Assembly: GCA_964016885.1 (NCBI GenBank)
Contig: OZ024743.1
Location: 119,350,001-119,414,000 of the forward strand
DNA from: Eledone cirrhosa
Lineage: Eukaryota
Length of the DNA: 64,000 nucleotides
Direction of reading: 5' to 3'
A program made the translations under genes and the position numbers. Positions 56,139-64,000 of this stretch are shown here, one piece after another (positions within the stretch are counted from its first letter, which is position 1; each line of letters opens with the position of its first letter). The notes under the pieces were generated by a model, which saw only the letters and a program-made list of their open reading frames with translations, did no database searches and was not told the origin of the DNA.

Positions 56139-57367
56139 AACCACACGCGTACACACACACTCACATATGTGTGTCTGTTTATTGAAGCTAGATGTTGTGT
56201 GATCACAACTTTAATAACTATTCGTGGTGATATATTAAATTTCGAAATTAGGTGAACTGCAACAAGAAGCTAGCGTATCACAGGCTTAGTTAATAACAAC
56301 GCCGAGTACGTTATTAACGGTAAAATTTAAAGTATTCTTTTTAGGTTGACAGCACTCAATGACATTTTTGACCGATAAATGTGGATTCTCGTCCTTCGTC
56401 TTCCAATGTGCTAGCTGAATTGAAATACGCCACAATTTTAAATCCCTAAATACGAGGACCCAACCAAGGAATCGCTTCTTGGTAACGCGAATTTCTAGAA
56501 ATAACAGCCAGATCTTTCTAAAATTTCAACCTGCAATCTTTAAAAAAAAAAAGGATTCATTGGTTAACGTATTTCGAGCTATACAATATGATGGTCACGA
56601 CTAGAAAACCTGCAATCATATGATTGGTCGACTAGTGTTGAACTGGTAACAAACAGCAATTATAACAATGATCTTGCACACAAATGAGGGGAAATACGCG
56701 TACGATGTCTTTACGGTCATAGTTTTCTACGAATTTCATCATAGACGTAAGTAAAGTAAAATAATGTTAACGTGAAATCAAAACTGTACCGGAGAATCAT
56801 TTCGTTTACTACCGTCATGCTCTACGGCCCACTCGTCACAATAGAGTAACTACAAACGTATTTTCGATTCCGTAATTTGAACGGTAGACATGTTCGAAAT
56901 CAAAACATGTTTATAAAATGCTGAAAATACTCTTGAATTACGAAGGGTTGAATGAGTCCAATAAAAAATATAAACAAGTCTATAAAGATAGTATTGTAAA
57001 AAAGAAAATACCTAACTACAATATAAACTTCATGGGTGACTACTCAAATGGAACTCTTCTTGGTGGAAGATCATTAAAGTCTCGTATGACCTCGTACGAT
57101 GTTGTCTACATGCTTCTTTTGTCATTCGTGTATTCACAAGCTGAATTAGCCATCCCACTTCTTAGGTTTGCGGGATTCAGTTTGTTACAGTATTTATTAT
57201 GAACTGCTTAACATGAGAGAGAGAGAGAAAGGGAGAGAGAGAGAGAGGGAGAGAGGGGGGGGGGGGAGATAGAGAGAAAGGCTGAGAGTAAGAGCATATA
57301 GAGAAAAATTGTAAAACGTTGTAGGAACATTACCGCAGGAAACAGCAGATAATCTAATATTAATAGT

Positions 57368-57850
57368 CACTTTGCCTTTCATCCTTACGGGGTCGATAAA
57401 ATAAAGTACCAGTAATGTACTGGGTATTTGCTGGCCTTGTGCCAAAAAGTAGAAACAATTATTATCGCCAGAAGGGCGGTGGATTGGCAGTATTGGTAGA
57501 GGGTCGGACGCCATGCTTTGCAGCATAGAATTATGGCCCTTTACGATCCGAGTTCAAATCCCACCGAGGTTAGCTTTCCCTTTCATCAGACATGTCATCT
57601 CTTCCCGTCCGACGAGGAGATCTTCCACCCACTTAGGGGTGGATGAGAGATGTCTTCTCTTGTGAAAATGGGTATAGCTTTCATTATGTAAAATCTCCCC
57701 ATTTTGTCTCATCTTCCCCGTTTTGGGGCATTATTTTTTCATGGTACTCCCCGTTTGGGTTTTTAGAGGTTAACAGGTCTGCTTTCATCCTCCTTACGGG
57801 GTGGATAAAATAAAGTACCAGTAACGCACTGGTGTCGATTTAATCGATAA
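57368..57850 (+). mobile_element. Two tRNA-derived SINE copies, the second interrupted by a MITE
   Basis: 3' half at 57368-57462; second copy at 57473-57586 resumes at 57782. Confidence 0.8.
57587..57781. mobile_element. hAT-like MITE
   Basis: Termini CAGACATGTCA / TTAACAGGTCTG; duplicated target CTTTCAT(C) on both sides. Confidence 0.65.
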
Positions 57851-58515
57851 ACTAATTCTGTTTGTGACTATAGTGGTTTCAGATTTTAGTCAAACTGGTG
57901 TGCACTGTAAATAGATATTACATACACACACATATACAAACTTGCTTGTATGTATGTTCTTCTGGTTTTATAATTTCACAAACTTTTGCCAATAGAGTGA
58001 AAGTCGGTCTCTAACATAGTTAAAAGACTCTCTCATTGGAATTTACACAACATCAACTAGGTAGATATGTATGCATATCTGCATGCATGCATGTGTGCAG
58101 GTATGGATGTTATTGTATGTGTGGATGTGTATGTTTTGAGTTGTATGTGAACATGTGAATATGCTTTGTAGCTGTACAAGTGTATATGTAGTTATTAGAT
58201 GCAGAATGTTTGGAATGTTTTACATATTTTTACTGTTCCAGTAATGGATTGTACTTGTAATTTCCTAACTAGTGTTTTTTTCTGTTTCTGTGAAGCCCAG
58301 CTTCTCAAGATTTGTATTGAGACAGTTACTAACATATCCCAGTGCCCCAATAATCACAGGTATAAATCTGAAGGTATAGTCAGAGTGGAGTATCTGCATA
58401 TTTCTCATTAGTTCTGCATAGGTATTCTCCTTTTCGCTAATCTTTGATATTATATTGGCATCTGCTGGGCAGATGTATGCATGTATGTATGTATGTATGC
58501 ATGTATGTATGTATA

Positions 58516-59435
58516 CGACGTGTGTTAGAAAAGTTCCAGGACTGATGTCACAAAAGATTTATTTCAAACCCACACTTCACACTAAGGGTTTTCTCCTTCA
58601 AAGTAATCCCCCTGGAGTATGTAACTGTAATCTTAGCTCTCTGCAGCGATCAAACTCTTTTCTTCATAATTGTATATACATGTCCTCTGTTTCAGGTCAT
58701 CAAGAAATGAGTACAGAGCAACGAACAAACTTGAAGTTTCTGGTACGGTTGGGGAAAACCCCGTCAGAAGCACTGGGATTGTTGCAGCAAGTGCATGGAG
58801 ATGAGACGATGTCACGCTCACGTGTTTTTGAGTGATGCAAGAGATTTAAAGAAGGACGCGTGGACGTGGAAGATGACCCCAGGAGCGGAAGGCCCTCCAC
58901 AAACAGGACTGAGGTCAACGTTGAGCGCGTCAGGCAGATGGTGCGTAGCGATCGTCGGCTGACTGTTCGACTGATGGCAAATGATCTGGGCATGAATCGG
59001 GACAGCGTCTGGAAGATTCTCACTGAAGATTTGGACATGCGGAAAGTCTAAGCGAAGATGGTGCCAAAACTGCTGAACGGTGACCAGAAGGGTCGACGCA
59101 TGCAAGTGTGCCAGGACATCCTCGAGCAGCTTGAAACCGAACCAGACTTGCTAGGGACAGTCATCACAGGTGATGAGTCATGGATTTTCGAATACGACCC
59201 GAAGGGGACCCGTTTTGAAGATGTGGACGACATCAAAAAGACCGTGACGACGGAACTGCGGAGGATCCCGGAAGAATCCTTCCAGAAGTGCATGCAAGCG
59301 TGGCAGAAAAGGATGGAAAAGTGCATTAGACTCCAGGGGGATTACTTTGAAGGAGAAAAAAACTCTTAGTGTGAAGTTTGGATTTGAAATAAATCTTTGG
59401 TGACATCAGTCTTGGAACTTTTCTGACACACCTCG
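58516..59435 (+). mobile_element. Internally deleted mariner transposon
   Basis: ~65-bp imperfect TIRs (CGACGTGTGTTAGAAAAGTTCC... / ...GGAACTTTTCTGACACACCTCG), TA TSD. Confidence 0.92.
58707..59369 (+). pseudogene. Mariner transposase pseudogene
   Basis: EQRTNLKF, DDPRSGRP, AKMVPK, ITGDESWIFEYDP joined directly to KGTRF...QGDYFE (catalytic D-D34-D core deleted); premature stops near 58833 and 59049. Confidence 0.9.
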
Positions 59436-59665
59436 TATATACTTATATGTATGTATGCATATATGTATGTAGGTAGGTGTGAATGTATGCATGTGTGTAT
59501 GTATGTACGTATGTACGTATGTACGTATATATGTATATATATATATAAGCATACCTTTAAGTATGCATATATATATAAGCATACCTTTAATTATGCCTTT
59601 ATGTGTGTAATTATATTCGCGTGTATGTATATAAATATGCGTCTATTTGCATATATGTATGTGTC

Positions 59666-59705
<40 letters not shown>

Positions 59706-60384
59706 CATGCATGCGTTTATGAGTTTGACCCAACACCACTGGGGTTAAATAAACACCGCTCTTATAGAAAAGCCCATATCTCAGTAATACGATAAATGGC
59801 GATATAACATGTCTCAGTTTATGTAGCTTTTAGGGATAAATACCAGATCTGAGAATATTATCTGAAATAGATTGGCGTTCTATCCAAAGGAGATTCATGT
59901 AGCACCAACTTCTTATTATGAATCTCCGATACTCAAAAAATCCATTTGGTGACATGCATCTCTGAATTTCTAAATTGCTAATCCCTCACACTTATAAATA
60001 TTAGGTTTCATGCTGACTTCCCCACTCCTAGAATGCACCAATATACCCTCACTGAGAATCTATAGCAATAACAATACATGTCCTAGAATAGATATGCTTT
60101 TAAATATATAGAAATGATGTAACTGAGTAATTTCCCTCAATAATTTATTGTTCTTAAATATACTATATGTACTTTGTTTCTTTTTGTGCTTTTGAATAAT
60201 ACTGTACTTAGTTATTCTATCATCACTATTTCGGCGAGTCCGGTGAAATAGGATATAGTTCGCTGAGTTTTCCTGGATTTTCACTAGTACTCATAATATT
60301 AACCATTGAACTAATTTTGTCTTCGGCTCACTGTGTGATTATTTTGCCATAAGATTGTTAATGTCTACAGCATTAAAGACGGAA

Positions 60385-63360
60385 GAGGGGCCGGAACTGT
60401 TTGGTGTGCGGCTGCTTCCACCACCTCACCTGCGTTGGCTCGACTCGTCGAGCTTCCAATGCCCTCGCAGCGTGGAGGTGCAGGAGCTGCCTCTTCCCCA
60501 CGTCTTCCCAGCCACGGCCGTCTGGCACACCACCAGATGGGACAGTGAGCTTGCCTGACGCCCGGTCAACATCGCTCGACTCAGGCGGCTCCGGAAGATC
60601 CCACTCAGGATCCCGAGAGCGGCACGGGTTCCGGTAGCCGATGCCCTCGCTTCCTTAATTGAGAGCGTCCTGGATTCCAACCGAGCGGCTGTTCTATTTC
60701 ACCCCACTCGCCCTCGGCCTCTCCAGCTCTGGCGCTGACCGGGGCGGCCGGTCAACAGCAGCCTTCGTCAAGGCCAATGTCTCGTCCTTTGGGCGAGCGC
60801 CCATTCCAAGCGTGCCCAGGGACGCCGCACACCCAACTTCAGGTACCTCTATCCTCGACCCCCGAGGCCAGCGCCAAGCGTTTGCGTGACCAGGTAAACG
60901 CCAAGCTTATCATGGGTGATGTCTCGGCTGCAGTCAGAGTTGTTGCCTCAGAGGACACTGTCCTCCAACCCACCGAGGAGGTCCTGGCTGCTCTGCGACT
61001 CAAACACCCTGAGCCACACACTGATCTCAGACCCATACACCCACCCGATCCCCACTTGCTCCTTGTGGCTTCTGATGCAGACATCATGTCCGCCATCAGG
61101 TCCTTCCCAGCTAGCAGCTGCGGAGGTGTTGATGGTCTCCGACCAGGCCACCCCGAGGAGTTGACATCCGCCCTCTCCGCTGAGGCCGGGCGCCTCTTTC
61201 TGAGTGCAATTCTGGTGCTCACCAATAGGCTCATCCATGGTGCTCTGGACCCTTACGCCTGACCTCTTTTTTTCGGCCAGCCTCACTGCTCTCAGGAAGA
61301 AAGAGGGTGGCATACGCCCCATTGCTGTGGGCAATGTCTTCCGGAGGCTGGCCGCCAAGGTGATCTGTAACACACGAACTGGGTGAGGAGTTTAGTCCGG
61401 TGCAACTTGGTGTTGGCGTGTCCGGTGACTGTGAGGGAGCCTTCTCTTGCAACCAGGCAGTCCTTCAACAGCTGCCCATCGGAACCGGCATCCAGCGATT
61501 CCAGGCACTTCATTGTCAAGCTTGACATGAGGAATGCCTTCAACTATTTACGCCGGGATCATCTGTTCGAGGCCTGCCTCAGCCGAACCCCTCTCTGCCT
61601 ACCCGCTGGCCTACCTGTCATATGGAGCCCCGAACATGCTCCTTGCTGCTGATACTGTCATACCCTCGGCTACTGGGGTCCAACAGGGCGACCCTTAGGG
61701 ACCCCTCCTGTTCGCCCTTGGTATTTACCACATCGCCCGGAGTATCACGGCCCCTCTCAACGTTTATGTATCTGGATGATGCTACGTTGGGTGGGCCCGT
61801 ACGGACGGTCTGCCATGACCTTCAATCGGTGGTTCCAGCCCAGGTGGGAATCGGCCTCCAGGTCAACTCGGCCAAGTCGGAGGTGGTGAATGTCAGCCTC
61901 GATGCTGCGAGCTTTGCAGCCTCCGTCATGGACTTGCGGTCCATTCTCCGCCATGTTCAGGTGACCCCCAAAGAGGATGTCCTCCTCAGGTCACCGATCT
62001 ACCCGCCGGCCATCCGCTCCACCATCAGATCCAGGTTTCAACAGCTCCAGACTCTCACAAACGGACTGGGCTTGATTGACGGCCACCCATCTCTCTTTCT
62101 GCTGAGGAACTGCTTTGCCATGCCGAAACTCCTCTATACACTCCACAGCGCTCCGTGCTACACCCATACATCTCTCCTCACTGACCTCGATACTTGTATC
62201 CGAGCAGCAGCCGTTGAAATATGCAACATCAGGTTTGACGACATAGGGTGGCATAAGGACACTTTACCTGTCAGGTATGGCGGCCTTGGCCTCCGGTCCC
62301 CGATCTCACTAGCTTTGCCGGCGTATCTTTTGTTGGTAACCTCGTGCCGCGTCTTCGTCAGCAGGGTTCTTCAAAACACAACAAAACCCTCTGTGTTCAG
62401 AGAACGTGAGGCCGCCTGTGAGACGTGGGACTGGCTGGGACTTAGCCCAGTAGATGTCCCTCCTCCTTCACCCCCTGTTGACGTCAAGTCCCCCCAACGC
62501 ACTTGGGATGCCATCCAGTGCATCCTGGCCTCAGACAGGCTCACGCGCCAGCTCGACCAGCACCGCCTTGCTTGTTTTCGTGCGGCCTCCAAACCCCACA
62601 GTGGTGCCTGGTCCCATGCCCTGTCCTCCTTCTCAACTGACACGCAGCTAGACAACTATAGCCTGCGCATCGTCGTTTCCCTGAGGCTCGGCCTCCGGAT
62701 CTTCCAGCCACACCAATGTCGCTGCGGTTCCACCGTGGAATCTTTCGGCCTCCACCAGCTTTCCTGTTGCCACAGTGCCGGCCGCATTCCACGCCATGCT
62801 GCCCTCAACGAGGTCATTAAGCATGGCTTGGACGCTGCAGGCTTCTCTTCCCAGCTCGAGCCGGTGGGGCTGGATCGAGGGGACGACAAAAGGCCAGATG
62901 GCATGACCATCTTCCCGTTCCACGGTGGCAAACCCCTCGTCTGGGATGCCACTTGCACTGACACTTTCTGCAGCCGCAACCTGGTGCAGTCTGCGACTGA
63001 CCCAGACTCTGCTGCACGTCGGGCTGAGCGGGCCAAACTACTCAAATACCGGTCGCTCTCCGACAGATTTGTGGTCGTACCCCTGGCAGTGGAGACTTCT
63101 GGTGTCCTCGGCCCCAGGGCTACCTTCTTACTCACTACCATAGGCGCTGAGCTGGCCAGCCACAGGTGTGAGCCCCGAGAGCTGGAGTGGCTTTTACAGC
63201 GCGTCTCCCTTGCTGTCCTCCGGGGAAAAGCCTTCTCGATTCTGTCCGCCGGGGCTGTGGGTGGGCCCCATCGCGTACCGTTGTAGTTGTTATGCTAACA
63301 GAATAAAGTTGCTTTAGTTTCTATGGTGACTGTTTCATTAAGAAAAAAAAAAAAAGAAAA
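60385..63360 (+). mobile_element. CRE-clade-like RT-RLE non-LTR retrotransposon, GC-rich, with poly(A) and a 10-bp TSD
   Basis: AAAGACGGAA at 60375-60384 and 63361-63370; AATAAA at 63302; A-tail 63339-63360. Confidence 0.88.
60560..63286 (+). pseudogene. RT plus restriction-like endonuclease ORF, frameshifted in its 5' half; 3' ~500 codons open
   Basis: GGIRPIAVGNVFRRLAAK, KLDMRNAFN, GVQQGDP, YLDD, GGLGL, CRCG...H...C, RHAALN, KRPDG...WDATCTDT, K..KY. Confidence 0.9.
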
Positions 63361-63699
63361 AAAGACGGAACTCTAACGTTTGGAAGTTTCATCTCAAGTA
63401 AGAAATAACAGAAAATACTAAAGGAAAAACAGTAGTGTACTTCTATGCAACAATACGCTAAATGTTGAATCTGTTGTGTGTTTCCAGAAATGGTTGACGT
63501 CTGACTTGACTGTCTATTCCTATTTTGATTGGAGTCACTATTTTTAGTTATACTCTCTGTGGTATAAGGAAGATAGATTCGATTAGAATTTCTGCTCCTT
63601 TTAGCAGTTTACATAGAAAGCAAGGATGAAATCAATAATACATTGCTAGCCAAAATGCTTGTATTTCGATCATATTACAACAATGTTTACCCTAGATTA

Positions 63700-63905
63700 A
63701 ATTTTGATTATACAGAAGATCATTTGTTAAGAGATCAATTCTTTTATCTTATGTTACATTATTTGACCAGAGATCAAATTTTTATCTCATACCACAATAT
63801 TTGTTCATAGATCAAATTAAAAAAAAAAATTTATATCATATTATTAAGCTACAGAGAAAATTTTGATTTCAGACGCCATTGTTTGCTGAGAGATCAAAAT
63901 TAAAA
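63700..63905. repeat. Degenerate minisatellite (~40-55 bp units)
   Basis: AGAGATCAA(A/T)TT...TTTATC recurs 3-4 times. Confidence 0.5.
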
Positions 63906-64000
63906 CCTAATAGAGTAATGTGTCTAAGTGTCTGACACCACATTTTCACTTATATATATTACTTGCTATAATATTGATTATAATATTGACTTCTTACACA

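Noticed and set aside
60839-63141. Antisense ORFs over the CRE-like element and the PLEs
   Set aside because: Expected shadows of GC-rich or biased coding sequence on the opposite strand.

Overview
This is AT-rich eukaryotic non-coding DNA saturated with (TA)n, (CA)n and (GA)n microsatellites and transposon debris. The SINE and other repeat families look cephalopod (Octopus-like), which is an inference. No host gene exon, RNA gene or CRISPR array could be supported, and most ORF-track entries are microsatellite translations. Recognisable elements are: Penelope-like elements (PLEs) resembling three clades (Neptune-like at 22.6-26.3 kb with an uninterrupted ~565-codon RT+GIY-YIG frame, Nematis-like at 37.8-40.2 kb, Hydra-like at 6.2-6.6 and 9.4-12.2 kb); a GC-rich CRE-type RT-RLE retrotransposon with a 10-bp TSD; two R4/Dong-like fragments; an L1/Tx1 fragment; tandem RTE-derived units; two Helitrons (one with Pif1 motifs); an internally deleted mariner; two MITEs; and many tRNA-derived SINEs. 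The main observation is about 18 fold-back inserts from a dozen or more sequence families, mostly bounded by (TA)n. They share one architecture: inverted arms, usually a hammerhead ribozyme (canonical or variant core), a short arm ending at an internal TA microhomology, and an unpaired 3' tail. In at least 8 families that tail carries a YHGAGYVC motif about 17-45 nt past the arm boundary. One family forms a non-coding 583-bp hammerhead-to-hammerhead tandem that resembles a retrozyme. Clade names come from remembered motif signatures, not from searches, and coordinates were counted by eye.
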